64,000 bases of DNA from Eledone cirrhosa (lineage: Eukaryota), in the NCBI GenBank assembly GCA_964016885.1, contig OZ024742.1, positions 274,288,001 through 274,352,000 of the forward strand, given 5' to 3'. Each line of letters starts with the position of its first letter. The stretch's first letter is position 1. A model generated the notes under the pieces. The model ran no database searches. It had not been told where the DNA came from and was given only the letters and a program-made list of their open reading frames with translations. A program made the translations under genes and the position numbers. Below are positions 35,760-49,799 of the stretch, in pieces.

Positions 35760-38700
35760 CTCCAACTGCTACCCCACAGGAAGCCAGAGAGCACTCCATG
35801 GTTCCATTAAGAAGTGACGAGTTTACACTCGTCCCAAGCTATTGTGGTCAGCGACTCAAGAAGATCAGGGTGACCAACGTTCCGCTGGCCATTGAAATTC
35901 CCTGTCTAATGGCTGCCGTCCTCGCTCACATAGAGGCCAACACTAAGGTAATTGAGGTAACAAAAGTAAAGCAGGAGAACGGGTCCGGAGCTGGGATGGA
36001 GCTCCTGATCCAAGCGGACCAATATAATATAGAGGAAATTCCAGAGGTGATAGACCTCAATGACGGCAGCCACCTCACCGTTGAGTAATCGTTGAGTGTA
36101 GAAGGTGTGTCGTTTGTGGTGCAGGAACCCACCTAAAGGCTTTCTGTCCTCAGGCTAAAAAGTTGAAGCCACCTCTCCTACTCAGCCCAGTGACTCAACC
36201 ATCAAAACCAGGGAAAACCAACAGCACCACCACCCACCGCGCCAGAATTAGCACCAGCGGCTCCACCATCCACCACGCCACAACCAAAACCAATGCCTGA
36301 GGAGGATTTTCCACTCCCCGATCTATCGCAACTGGAGACAGATTGTGACGAGAGATGAAGTGGGAAACTGTGTCTGGAATAAAGAAAAATAAAAGAACCC
36401 AAAAAATAAAAAAATCCTATTCCTTCGCCCGCCAAAAATAAAGGAAAAAGTTAAGACAGCTATGTCACCACCCACACCAGCATCACCAGCCCCATCACCA
36501 CAAACACAAACACCATCACCATCATTAACCCCAACACCACCATCGCCAACACCACAAAAGACACCAACATGCGAAACAAACAAACCCACAACAAACGCAA
36601 ACAAAACAAAGTAACCCAAACGATACACACTACACAGCATTACATTTGAACAACAACCAATTATAACACTACATCCAACATAACACCAGCATCACAGAAA
36701 AAGACTACACAAGACCCCAAAAATTCACACCACCTCCACACATATAAATCACTCGCATCACACAGAAAACGTACACGACACTAAAATTAAAATTCCCCAA
36801 GGCCCTCGGAGACTTTTGATAAACACGTTCCAGGCGGATTTATAAATACATCCTTCGGGGGGAGGCCACAGGCATTGAGAAGGACGGAAAAACCATCCTT
36901 CTTCCACAAGAAGTGAGGTAAGTAGTCTTTCCCATCTTTTCCCATTCCTTTTCAACAAGACCTTAGGCAGCATAAATGCGCGTGGCCTTGGGCCTTCATG
37001 GAAGCAGTGCCACCTGCTCACCGACCTCAGATCAATAAAGATAGATGTGGTGGCTATCAGCGAGCCCAAAATCTCCGAAGCACGAACCTTCGCACCGATC
37101 TTCAGCGACTCGAACGCGATCTTAGAGGCATGCTGGGACTGTGTGGGATTGGCGGATAGGGGAGGAGCGCGTAAAAGCCTCGCAAACATACTCAGACGGT
37201 TTCAACTGTCTGACAGGTACCGATTGGATTTCCCGAATGTTTACATGTGGACTGGACAAACCGTATCGGGTCATCCAGATCATTTTGTAGGGAAATAGAT
37301 AGGTCTAGCATAGGCTGTCCACATTTCAAAATAGTCGATTACACGGCCCACAAATTGGTGATCTGTGAGGTTGACTTAGAGAGGATTCATAGACAGGGAA
37401 CTAGCAACTGGAAGCTAAACGCGTCGTTAACAGCGTGCAAGGCCTACAGAGACCAGATTAGCGAACTAGTTAAGCGGGCGTTGACGGGGGACATCATTAA
37501 CAACAAATCGTGGTTTGCTCTGAAAAGAGCGATTAGAATAGTGTCCATTAGGTTTAGCAATAGAGAAAACAAGACCAGAGGGAGAACTAGTTAGAAAATT
37601 AGACGAGGCTCTTAGTAAAGGCATCGCGACCGACGTACTTGCGGCGAAATTGGCCCTTGACCAATTCTTCAATGCAAAGCACGAAGGCTGGGTTGTCAGA
37701 GCTAGGGTGCGTGCTCTCAGGCACGAGGGGACGAAAACCGTTCAATTGGCTCGAGTGGCGGAGGCGCGTCGTGGCAACAAAGCCCCGATCCAGTCTTTGG
37801 TGGTACACGACAGGCGCATGCTATTCGATCCCGGGAAAATGTGTGAAGCTTCTCATTGACACATCGCTCAGCTGGGATAACATAGATAATTTGAGGCCCA
37901 CAACGCTTCTAACCACAGAGTTCAAGATTTTGGCCAAGGTGCTAGCAAAGTGGTTGGCGCTTGTCGTTGGTGGTCTAGTAGGGGATCAGTCTAAATCTTT
38001 CGATAGGGGGGACCATCGTTATCTGGCGGAAGTCCTCAGGCTGGATCGCTGCCAGGCATAGCGATTTCTCCTCAGTGGTGAGACTGAACTGTCAACTTTC
38101 GGAACCGTTCAACATCATGCGCTCAGTCCGCCAAGGATGTCCCCTCTCGTCCCTGTTGTACGTATTGGCTCTCGGGCTATTACTGCACAAACTGGAGAGT
38201 TGCGGGGGTCTCGCGCGAAATAGGATGTGGAAGATCCGTGTCAGCATATGCGGACGATGTCGAAAGCCAAACACATTGAGGCGTTCGACACTACATTAAG
38301 AAAATACGAGGCGGTGACAGGAGCAATGATCAACCAGGAAAAGTTGGTGGGCCTGTAGCTCGGCACATGGGCAGGTCCATGCCGTCCAACAGCGTAGTCG
38401 GGCGGCGGACGGACGGACCGGTTAAATAGCTAGGGGTCTGGTTGGGTCCGGACCTCCAGACGAATAAAAACTGGGACGAGGTGACGTGCAGGGTGGCTTC
38501 TCTCTCCCTGAAATGGGCAGAGAGGAAGCTATCCCTGAAAAGTCGAGCGGAGGTGGCGAATAGGTACATTGCGTCCGTCATCTACTACCGCATGACCGTC
38601 GTGCTTTGTCCTAAGCCATGCCTCACTGTGCTGGAGTGTTTGCTCTTTCACTTTTCATGGAAGGGACGCGCTCCAATGGTCAGCCGGTCCATCTGCTGTC

Positions 38701-39755
38701 AACACCCGCTACGTGGAGGGCTGGGAATGCCGTGGCTGATGATGCGCATTCACGCGCTTAGGGTACGACATCTCCACCTCTTCCTGGACGGTGATCAGGT
38801 GTGGTCGCCGTTTTCTAAACGCGTGCTTCGGGTGCTCACGGCCCCCGACCAGTCGGACAATGCGATTGGTGGAAACTCCACCTCGGCGTTCTATAGATTA
38901 TTGGATGGGGAGAGCGACGACGTACTTGGGGAGACTCTGGACGCGACTAAAAACAACTAGCCAATCTGATCGGGAGGACTTTCTGGCCGGGGCCTATGGA
39001 CAACTTCCAGAAATCCCTGGCCTGGCAGTGCTACCGAGGAGCTTTGCCAGTTCGGGATAAACTATACAGGCATGGAAGTGCCGTCAGCCAGGCATATCCG
39101 AGATGCGTGCAGGGCGACGAAACCGTCCTGCAATCACTCGACCAGTGTCCGAGGATTGCTGACTTGTGGGTCAATGTCGAACACCTACTGTCGCGTGTAG
39201 GACGGATCGGGTTATCATCTGAGCCACCGTGGGGATTGTCTCACCCTCTTCCTTTAGCTCGGAATAGCAGGCAGTTCTTATCTGTCTGGTGGCTATGGCG
39301 AAAGGAATAGTGTGGTGGACACGTTTGAAAAGGCTGAAGACGAGCACTTACCTCTTCGGTGATACCTGATTCACTTTTTTAAATTTCATTTGAGTAGAAA
39401 TATCAAGGTAGAGAGGGAAGTACTCTCTTCCCAAAATTTTGTTGAAAGATGGGTAAGAGAAGCATGGCCGGAGTACGCGCCTGTAAATTGAAGGTGGAAA
39501 TCTCGGAGAGGGCACTTCCCCTGGTGGTCATGGTCACCGTGGCTTTTTAATGGGCTTTCTCAACCAACGTCCCTCGGAAGACTCCCCCCCCCCTATTGGG
39601 GACTTGTTCATTGTTTCTTTTTTTGTTACATCCTTTGTTTTTGTTTTATTTACATGCATAAATGGACATTTGTAACGTCCTGTACCGTCCTGTATTGTCC
39701 TTAATTATTTACTTCGTGTCAACCATTGTGGTTAATAAAGAAAGCATTATTATTA
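35760..39755 (+). mobile_element. Tx1/L1-like LINE, degenerate
   Basis: ORF1 remnant with CX2CX4HX4C knuckle (CVVCGAGTHLKAFC near 36105-36148). ORF2 motifs INARGL, WKLNASL, SVRQGCPLS, AYADD, GGLGMP and ALPVRDKL. 3' end AATAAAGAAAGC(ATT)n. Confidence 0.85.
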
Positions 39756-40141
39756 TGATTAACTTTCTCAAATTTCATTTGAAAAGGAAAATCAACGTAG
39801 AGAGTGAAGTGCTCTATTCCCAGCATTTTGTTAAAAGATGGGTGAGAGAGACAAAGAATGGCCCGAGTAAATGGGCTTACTCTGTGTATGTGCCCGTAAC
39901 TTAAAGGGGAAAAACTGGGAGAGGTCACTTGCCCTAGTGGTCAGGGTCACAATGGCTTTTTTAATGGGCTTTCTCCGCGAAAGTCCCTCGGAAGTCTATC
40001 CCCTATTGGGGAATTTTTCATTGTTTCATTGTTTCTTTTTTTACATCTTCGGTTTTTGCTTTTTTTACACGCAGAAATGCCTTATTGTCTTACTTTGTGT
40101 AAACCTTTGTGGTTAATAAAGAAAGCATTATTATTATTATT
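39756..40141 (+). mobile_element. Second Tx1-like 3' end inserted in the (ATT)n tail of the first
   Basis: INFLKFHLKRKINVESEVL plus a homologous 3' UTR and (ATT)n. Confidence 0.8.
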
Positions 40142-40142
40142 G

Positions 40143-43100
40143 TTCTTTGCGTCTCAGTCATTGATGTTATTTAACTGGAAAGTTTGTTGAAATAAAAATC
40201 AAGCTGCTACCTGCAGCCTCAGATATTCAGGACGTATCGGAGGTTTCTTGCTTTCCCAGCAAGCATGCCTTTTGAAGTGTTCCAAAAACGGAGCTGGACT
40301 AATCTTCTTTAACCATCCTTGGAAACTCTTCGAGATAGTACCTAGTGCACCTATGATAATCGGGACGACCTTGATTTCATGGCAGTTCCAAATCCTTTTT
40401 AACTTCCACTTTAAGTCCTGGTATCGGTTAATTTTCTCACTCTCTTTTTCTTGCAATTTCGTGTCAAATGGGCAGGCTACATCTACAATCAGGCACGATC
40501 TTTTTTCCTTGTCCGAAACCACCAGGTAAGGCCTGTTGTGTTATAATTTCTTGTCCGTCTGTATCCTAAAATCCCATAGAAACTTCACTTGATCGTTTTC
40601 TATCACCGACTCTGGTTTATGATTATACCACTTCTCAGAATGTGGTAAATTGTTTAGTTTTCATAGACGCCAGTGAATCACCCTGCCTAACATTTCATGT
40701 CTCCAGCGTTTATAGTGAGTCTGGGCTATGTGTTTACTCTCGGATACAATGTGAGCACAGTCTCCTCTCTTTCTCCTCAGATCCCGCACAGTGAGCTAGC
40801 CTCCTTTTTGTCAATATGGTGTTTCACCCACTTCGTTCTGAGGTCTTGCTCTTGCGCAGCCATTAGCATTCCTTCTGTAGCTTTTTAAGGTCTCCACTTT
40901 TTAACTAGTTCCATTTGTGTGGATCTCTGAATTCCGTTTTATTAAAAAAGGTACGATGAATGGATTTTTCATGAAGGTTGCTCTTCCTCCTTGTTGTTAT
41001 TTCCTCCTTGGACATCCCTTGGTCTATTGTCTTCTCCTTCAGTACAATTTTGAGCATTGGCGCCGTACTGTCAGCCATATATTTGTGCAGTCTGTTGTTC
41101 TCAATCTGAACACAGTCCTCTATGCTGATAAGACCTCTTCCACCTTCAGATCTCTTTAAGTAGAGTCTATCAAAATGACTCCTCTTGTGGAACATGATGT
41201 AGATACTCATTAGCTTCCTAGTCTTCCTATCCATTTCTTTTTGTTCAGCAACATTCCATTTCGGAATTCAATAATAACCACAGCTCGGGAATTTACTGCA
41301 CTTATAACATTCCTGCTATTTAGATGTGATTTTAGTATGTTCCTTACTCTCATTATTTATTCAGATCTTATCAATTCCTTCATGTTTTTGTTCTTGATGT
41401 CATCTGCCTCCAGAACACCTAAATATTTGTATCCTTCTTCAGTGTCAATTTCCGTTATATCATCCTACCCGTTGGTACATTGATTCCGTTGCTTCTCCTC
41501 AATTTACCCCCTCTTCATCACTAGGTCTCCACACTTATTAATACCAAACTGAATCCATATATGATTGCTTAAAATACGGACAGTTTCAACAAGTACATCC
41601 AACTCTTTCTCACTCTTCTGAAAGAGTTTAAGATCGTCCATGAAGAGGAGGTGGTTGATGGTAAGCTCTCCTCTTCCCACCCTATGTCGGACAGGGGTAT
41701 CATGGTAAGGAAAAACAACAAAGGTGAGAAATTATCTTCATGGGAGATACCTCTCTTGATCTTCACTCCTCCAACGGATTCCTCACCTGATATTAGCTCT
41801 GTTTCCCAGGATTTCATACTTTTACTTAATAGCTGCCTGGTGTTATCTGCCACCTTGAAGATCTCTAGGCTTTTGTTTATCCAAGAATGAGGTACCATTT
41901 CGAATGCCTTTTTGTAATCTATCCATCCCATAACATGGCCAGTATGCCTTCTCTTGCAATTCCTCATTACCATTTTATCAATAGGTAAGTGGTCTTTTGT
42001 ACCACGGGACTTCTTTCCGCATTCTTTCTGTTCGTCCGGTAACAAGTTGTTTATGTGGAGGTGATGGTAGATTCCCTCAGTCACAATGTTTGTTAACAGT
42101 TTCCACATTACGGACAGACATGTGATAGGCCTGTAGTTGGTAACATAATTAACCTTGATTCGGTCTTTCATTACCAGAACTGTGGTACATTTTGTCAACC
42201 ACTCTGGTACTTCACCCGACATCAAGCAGTCATTGAACATGTCTGTCAGTTTTGGGGGGAGGGATGTTATATTTTTTATCAAATATCCTTGCACACCATC
42301 TGGGCCTGGTGATTTCCAGTTGGTTAGTTTCTTGGATTGCCCTTTACGAGTTTCAACTGTGATACTCAAATCAGGTTGTTGGTGTGCTTGTTCAATAATC
42401 TCCTTTTGAACTGTCTCAATCCACACACTCTGACTTTTATCTTCAACATCCTGCTCCGATATTTCTCTCCAGAATGTCTTAGTCTGTTGAGTCTCAGGGA
42501 TCACGTCGTTACTTCTTTCTTTCCCTTCAAGCTGTTCAAACAACAACTTCAAGTTGTTGTCAAACATGTGGTACTGTCTATACTGACTGACTCTTTTCTC
42601 AAACCGCCTAATCTTTGCACTTTTTGCTACAATGCGTTGCTTCAGTTCCTCTATGTTAACATTTAGCTCTTTTGCCCTAGTTTTGTATTTTATTTTCAAT
42701 CCAACTTTACTGTGGATATTTTGTAATTTCCCATTCTGTAAAGACTCAAGCTTTCCACTGTATTTTCTCCTTTCTTTGAATTGACCATTCAGTCGGTTCT
42801 TCCACCAAGGCTCTGATCTGTCTTGTTTGTTGTTTCCTCTCGTTTTTATACCAAATAATTTGTTCAGCACATTTGCAGTTGCTTTGAGGATATTGTTGCA
42901 TTGGTGAATGTTCTTCGCATCAAGGTATGGGAGGACCTTGTTTACCTTAGCTGTTGGTTTTCTTAACTTTTTCCTGTCTACAAATCTTAGGTTCACAGGC
43001 TTTCCACTATCATTGTTCATTTCATCTACCACTAAGTTCAGAATATCAACCAAATCTGGTCTTAGCCCGTCAGCATTCATTTCCTCAATAGCCATGTCTT

Positions 43101-43880
43101 TGTTCCAGGTATTATTTATTTCAGCATGGATTGGCGGTGGATTGGCAGTATCGGTAGAGGGTCGGACGCCATGCTTTCCAGCATAGTTACGTCCCTTTAC
43201 GATATGAGTTCAAATCCCGCCGAGGTTGACTTTGCCTTTCATCCTTACGGGGTCGATAAAATAAAGTACCAGTAATGCACTGGGTAATTGCTGGCATTGT
43301 GCCTAAAGTAGAAACAATTATTTATTTCAGAATTCAGATCATTGTCTGCTTCGGTTGCTTCCTCAGTTCTCTCAACCTCTACACCACTGGCTCGTTTGCC
43401 TGGCATTCTCCACTCTCCATTTCCAACACAATTTCTCTGCTCAGTTCCTCCAGTTCCAACTCCCTTATCCGTCCATTAGTTCTTATTACACGAGCCTGAC
43501 CGGCCAATTTTTGTTCACCTAATTTGAATAGACCAATCTCATGCCAGATGTTATGCATCCGTTTCCTATAGCCTTTTTCCATGGGGTTACTCTTCAGGTA
43601 ACATTTCATGACAGTTCTATTCAATTCTTTCGTCCAGGTGGTTCTGGTCCAATTCCTTCTTCTTCCTCCAACACCAGCAGTATTTGGATGACAGCCAGAT
43701 CTCTGCTGATAGGCCAGGGAGCACTTGCTGGATGAGAGTCTTTCACATGACGTTCCAGTCTCTTTTTCACAGTTATTCGAACTGTTTAGTTTCGACATTT
43801 AAACCCTCATATCGAGGATTAGTAAATTTATGGTTAGATCACACCGGTGTTTTTACCGTGACACCATCACTTTAAAAAAA
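40143..43880 (-). mobile_element. R4/Dong-like LINE (RT plus REL endonuclease), near full length, degenerate
   Basis: NWKSPGPDG, NYRPITCL, WIDYKKAF, YKYLGVLE, EGGRGL and IVDVACPFD..EKINRYQDL. (TAA)n-type flanks. Confidence 0.9.
43133..43320 (+). mobile_element. tRNA-derived SINE nested in the Dong-like LINE, with 14-bp TSD
   Basis: ATTATTTATTTCAG at 43111-43124 and 43317-43330. Confidence 0.9.
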
Positions 43881-43997
43881 TAAAAATAAAAATAATAATA
43901 ATAATAAGTTTCGGGGCAATTTATGTGACTTTTATCTATCATTACTTTTTGTGCTGTTTTTAATGTTTTCCTAGTGTGAAACCTGTTTTATAAGTGC

Positions 43998-44424
43998 AAG
44001 CATAGTTACGTCCCTTTATGGTCTGAGTTCAACTCCCGTCGAGGTTAACTTTGCCTTTCATCCTTATGGGGTTGATAAAATACAGTACCAGTAATGTACT
44101 GGCTAATTGCTGGCCTTGTGCCAAAAGTATAAACAATTATTATTATCTTACGGAGTTGATAAAACAGAACCCCAGCAACACACTGGGATAATTGCCGGCC
44201 CCGTGGCAAAAGCAGAATCAACCACCATCATCGTCAGCATCTACGATGCTTGTTATTTATCAATCGGTAGAGGTTCGGACGCCATGCTTTGTAGCAAAGA
44301 GTTACGCCCCGTTATGGTCTGAGTTCAAATCTCGCCGAGGTTTACTTTGCCTTTCATCTTTACGGGGTACCAGTAATACACTGGTATAATTGCTGGCCTT
44401 GTGCCAAATGTAGAAACAATTATT
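43998..44424 (+). mobile_element. Cluster of three truncated SINE copies
   Basis: Family body at 43998-44140, 44141-44220 and 44262-44424. Confidence 0.8.
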
Positions 44425-46149
44425 ATGCAAGTTGACATCATTTGAACTAAACATTTTGAGAGAACTTAGAGATACAACTACAATAATCATTATTGTGATT
44501 GGACTGGTGGTGGTGTCAGCGGTGATATTGCCGTTATTTGGCTAATAATGAAATTATTGAAGTTGCCTTTTTGTTGTTGTTGTCTATGCCGGTGGTGCTG
44601 GGGCTTTTCCGGGGGTAGGAGGGGGAGTTCTATTGTAGGTGGAGTATTCAGTGCCACTGTAGTTGTTAATGTTGGGATGTTCAAAATTTTGTTTTGACCG
44701 GATCACTAAGTCAGTATATTTATATCTTTTGGTAGCTTCTTCCCTTCTAGACTTGTGTAGTGTTACTACTACTTTCTCTCTCCTTCTCAGAAAATGGTAT
44801 GTTAACTTTTCTCAAGTTAACACAAGGTAGTGGGGGAATAGTGATGGTAGCAATGATGGAGTGGTGGTACTGTAGTGATAGTGTTGTTGCCGCTCTTGGT
44901 TTGTCTCTAGCTAAATGTTGTGGCAGTGGTGGTGTTGGTGGTGAAATTATTTGGCTGTTTTATTTAGCGTACACGGAGCGGTTTTCTTCCATTTTTAACC
45001 ATTTTCTTTTTTTAATATAAAATGTCTAATACAAAATTAAATATTTGAGCCACATGCCAAGGTTTTATGGGTTTTCACTTTCTGAGAGAAAAGGCTGGGG
45101 CATTATGTCCCATTTGTAATAAGAATTGTCACAATTGTTTTAAATATGTAAAAAATCAAAAACCTACGGGAGTGATTCCATAATTATTATTATTAATATT
45201 ATTGGCAACTTACTTAGGAAAACGTTTTATCGTGACCTCCCCAAAGAGTTGTTGTTTTCAGTTGTTTTGAATGGAAAATGTTTGTTGTTACCTGTTTATA
45301 GGTTCACATATATTGTTTTCTGAAAAGGACACTCAATAATATTGAGTCCTGGTACCCAAAATTTAATCTTTATTTTCTCAAACAAAAAAATTGTTTTGAA
45401 AACAAAAGACATGGACGGTATACGCCTCCCAAAATGAAGCCAGCTGTCACGTGACAGTGGCTCTAACATACACATTACTCCAACCATCACCATCGTGGAA
45501 CTTGCTACAATTGCCAAAACCTATAACGTTTCCGCTAACAGCTGTAGCTGTAACAGCAATCGCCAAATTTTGTCACGTTCAGACGTAGGCTTCCCACCTC
45601 TGCCAAAGTCTACCGGTGTTAAACCCGCCATCTTCACCACCACAAAGTCGAAGAGTACATCCAGCACCATGATGCTACCACCACCACAACCACAACAACT
45701 GAAACAAAAAGATTATCTCGTGATAACAAAATGGTTTCTCCCACGTTGAACGCCACTGACACCACCACCACCACCACAGCAACAATTAAACAAAAAACAT
45801 TAAAGCCAATAATAGCAATAACAATTACAGCAAACATAAGTATAACAACATCAACACCAGCGCAAAACCAAATGTGTCTATTGCTGAGGCGGTGAGCGAA
45901 AACGAAGCGATTGAGGTAAGCCAGGAAGAGTGAATGAGACCAGGTGAATGGTGAAGAATAATGGTTACAGGGTCAAAATCACGCCTTCTCCCTCAAATAC
46001 CATCCAGTGTCACCTCCTATATACTGTATATTTCAGCACGATCAATATAAAAATACACCGAGTGCAGCGGGGCTCCGAGTCCCAAATCCCAAAAGCTTTG
46101 GAACATGTGTGGGCTCAAAAACCACATTACACAACCTGCCCGACCTCTC

Positions 46150-49087
46150 ACAACTGAAGACTAGTTGTGACGAGTAGCAGGGTGGGCAATTTTATCTGTA
46201 AAAAGAAGAAACAAGAAAATAAAGAAGGAAGTCCTTCACTGCCACACCCACCAAACAAATGACGAAACAAAAAAAAACAAAAAATAAAGTACCACCAGCC
46301 CCATCACCACAAACACCAACACCATCAACATTATCAACGCCTACACCACCATCACCAACACGACAAAAAACACCAACAAGCGAAACAGAATCAAATCCAA
46401 AATCAAACGCAGAAAAAACACACACACAAAGCAACCAAACCGATACACACTACACAACAGTCAAATTGAACAAGAAGCACCGATTACAATATATCCAACA
46501 CAACACCAGCATCACAGAGAAAAACTATACAACGCCCCAAAAATTCACACCACCAACACACATACAAATCACACGCATCACACAGAAATCATACACAACA
46601 CTAAAATTAAAATTCCCCAAGGACATCGGAAAATTCCCGCAAACACATTCCAGGAGGATATATGGAGACATCCTTCCGGGGGAGGCCACAAGCAGTGAGA
46701 AGGGCGGAAAAACCATCCGTCCTCCACGAGAAATGAGGTAAGTGGTCCCTCCCATCTTTTTTCACTCCTTTTCAACATGCCCTCACTCAGAATAGGCAGG
46801 ATAAATGCGCGTGGCCTGGGGTCGTCATGGAAGCAGGGCCACCTCCTCAACGACCTCAGCTCACTAAAGATAGATGTGGTGGCTATCAGCGAACCAGAAT
46901 TTACGAGGCAGTTGCCTTCCGAACCATCTTCGGCGGTTACGATGTGTACGCATCTCCAAGCCGGCCGGGATCAGGAGGTGGAATCGCTGTGTTGTTTCGA
47001 AGAGGCCTGGATCTGGTGATACAGACCATATTCTTGGATCCAGAAGGTAATTCTGTGGTGCTGGATGTGACAAGCAGCAAAGGCTATGCTTTTATGATAG
47101 CGGCTATTTGTGCCGCGACAAGAGCAGGGGGGGGGGCTAATTTTCTCAGATGACTGGAGACCTTTCTAGGAATGCCCTGCTCTTTAATGTTAGTTGGCGA
47201 TTGGAACGGGAACGTGGATGCAGATTGGGATTGTGTGGGATTAGCGGAGATGGGAGGAAGGTGGAAAAGCGTCGCATATCTGATCAGACGATTCCCATTA
47301 ATTGACAGGTACCGACTGGATTTCCTGAATATGCCAATGTGGAAATGGACAAACTGCATCGGGTCATCCAGGTGGTATCTAGAGAGAATATTGTGTAAGT
47401 AAATAAATAATTCTAGCTTAGGTTGTCCACAATTCAAAATAGTTGACTACACAGACCACCAACTCATGACCTGTGTGGTCGACTTAGATAGGCTTCATAG
47501 ACAGGGACCCGGCTACCTGAAGCCAAACGCGCCGTTGACAGTGCGCAAGTACTACAGAGACCGGATTAGCGAACTAATTAAGAGGGCGTTGACCGGAGCA
47601 ATCGTCAACAGCAAATTAGACGAGGCGCTTAGTAAAGTCATCGCAACCTATGTGCTTGCGGCGAAAGCACGAAGGCTGCGTTGTCAAAGCTAGGGCGTGT
47701 GCTCTCAAAACGAGGGGATGAAAGCCGCTCTATGGAACCGATTAGCGCAGGTACATCGTGGCCACAATACCACGATCCGTTCTTTGGAGGTCAACGACGG
47801 GAGCATGTTACTAGAACCTGAGCAAATGTGTGCGCCTTTTCAGCGTCATTTCGATCAGTTGTTTAGGGCCAACGGTGGGTCGGATCGCAGGATGGACTTT
47901 AGCGCCTACCTTGACGGAGTGCCGCGTGTCTCCGCCACTGAAGCGTAGTGTTGCGAAAGTCTGATAACAGCCGCTGAAATACGGGTAGCAATGACAGACT
48001 GAACAAAGCGTAAATCACCTGGTTTGGATGGTCTGCCCTACGAGTATTATGTACACACGACAGATTTGATCGGCTATACTTTGGCGGACATCTACTGCAA
48101 CTGGCACCCGAACGGGAGAAAACCCCCGCTCTGAGAGCCGAGGAGCAGTAGCGCTGATGAGAAAGGACCAGAACAGGATGACATCATAGATAATTTCTGG
48201 CTCGTAACTCTGCTAAACGCAGATTTCAATGATATGGACAAGGTGCTAATAATCGCATATTGTGGACAATATCCACAATATGCGATACATTGTGGAGAAG
48301 GTAGCTAACGAACCTGGCAGGGGAGGCGCCTTGATAAAATTTGATCAGCCGAAAGATTTTGATAGGGTCGAGCATCGTTATCTGGCGGCGGTCCTGAGGG
48401 TGGCCGGCTCTCGGCCCGTCTTCAGAGGCTGGATCGCTGCCATGTACAGCGACATCTGCTCTGTGGTGAGAGTGAACGGTGACCTTTCGGAACTGTTCAA
48501 CATAATGCGCTCGGTTCACCAAGGATGTCCCCTCCCGTCTCTGTTGTACGTATTGGCTCTCGAGCCATTACTGCACAAACTGAGGACGTTGAGGGGCGTC
48601 ACGCTCGAACTGGGATGTGGGAGAACCGTGTCAGCATATGCCGATGACGTCACCGTTGTGGTGTCGAATGCCAAACACATCGAGGTGATCGGCACTGCAC
48701 TGAGACAATACGAGGCGGTGACAGGAGTAAAGATAAACCTGGAAAAGAAAGTTGGTGGGCCTGCAGCTAGGCACCTGGAGAGGTCGGTCCACGCCATCCA
48801 ACAGCGTCTTCAGGTGCTGGACGGATGGACCTGTTAAATTGCTATGGGTCTGGTTCGGTTCGGACTTCCAGATGGACACAAACTTGGACGAGGTGACCGC
48901 AAGGTGGCCTCTCTCATCCAGAAATGGGCCGAGGGGAAGCTATCCCTGAATGGTAGAGCGGAGGTGGCGAACGCGTACATCGCGTCCGTCATCTGTTATC
49001 ACCTGACCATCGTGCTTTATTCTAAGCCTTGCCTGACTGCGCTGGAGCGTTTGCTCTTTCGCGTTTTAAAGAAGGGACGCGCTCCGA
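46150..49087 (+). mobile_element. Tx1/L1-like LINE, degenerate, 3'-truncated
   Basis: Homologous to 36330-38670. Motifs INARGLG, LVGDWNG, KSPGLDGLPYE, FDRVEH, QGCPL and SAYADDVTV. Confidence 0.85.
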
Positions 49088-49398
49088 TATACAAAATGAA
49101 AATTGCCCGCAATATCACACAGAGAGTTTGAAATGATAACAAATACTATATAGATATACATACACATAAGCAACAAAATTTACTGATTGAATTAGGAATG
49201 CCTGTATTTTGAACACAACGAAAAATGTACACAAAACAATCACACAGGTGTACAGGCATTCGTTCTCTGAAATCTGGCTGATCAGTGGATCCGCTAATAT
49301 GCAGATCTGACTAATCAGCCAGTCTGATAATATGTAAATCAGGCTGATCAGTCCCTGTATATTTTAGAAAATATCATATATTTTCACTAGCTCTGACA

Positions 49399-49481
49399 GT
49401 TGGCAGGTAAACAGTAAACTGTACTGATGAAGGGTAATCACCCAGAAATATTAGTGTCTGCAGTTCTGTTTACATGCCAAC
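49399..49481 (+). ncRNA. Type I hammerhead with long bulged stem I
   Basis: GTTGGCA.GTAAACAG..AACTGTA-CTGATGA-a-GGGTaatcACCC-a-GAAA-TAttagTG-TC-TGCAGTT-CTGTTTAC.TGCCAAC. Confidence 0.85.
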
Positions 49482-49668
49482 ACAAGAGCAAGAATGAGGG
49501 ACTCATTTTACTGACACGGCTTAAAAGAGGTTATTTGCATAATTGCAAACGAATAGAATATAAATATCAATATTCGAAAAAATCAGATTACATTTAGCGA
49601 AGTAGATCGATAACTTCTTTTTTTTTTTGTAGTTATAATAAAAACATTAATATCACAGATTTAAATAC

Positions 49669-49783
49669 TTGTTTCTACTTTAGGCACAAGGCCAGCAATT
49701 ACCCAGTACATTACTGGTACTTTATTTTATCGATCCCGTACGGATGAAAGGCAAAGTTAACCTCGGCGGGATTTGAACTCAGA
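49669..49783 (-). mobile_element. SINE, 5'-truncated
   Basis: Reverse complement of the family 3' part. Confidence 0.85.
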
Positions 49784-49799
49784 TTTCAATAATATAATA

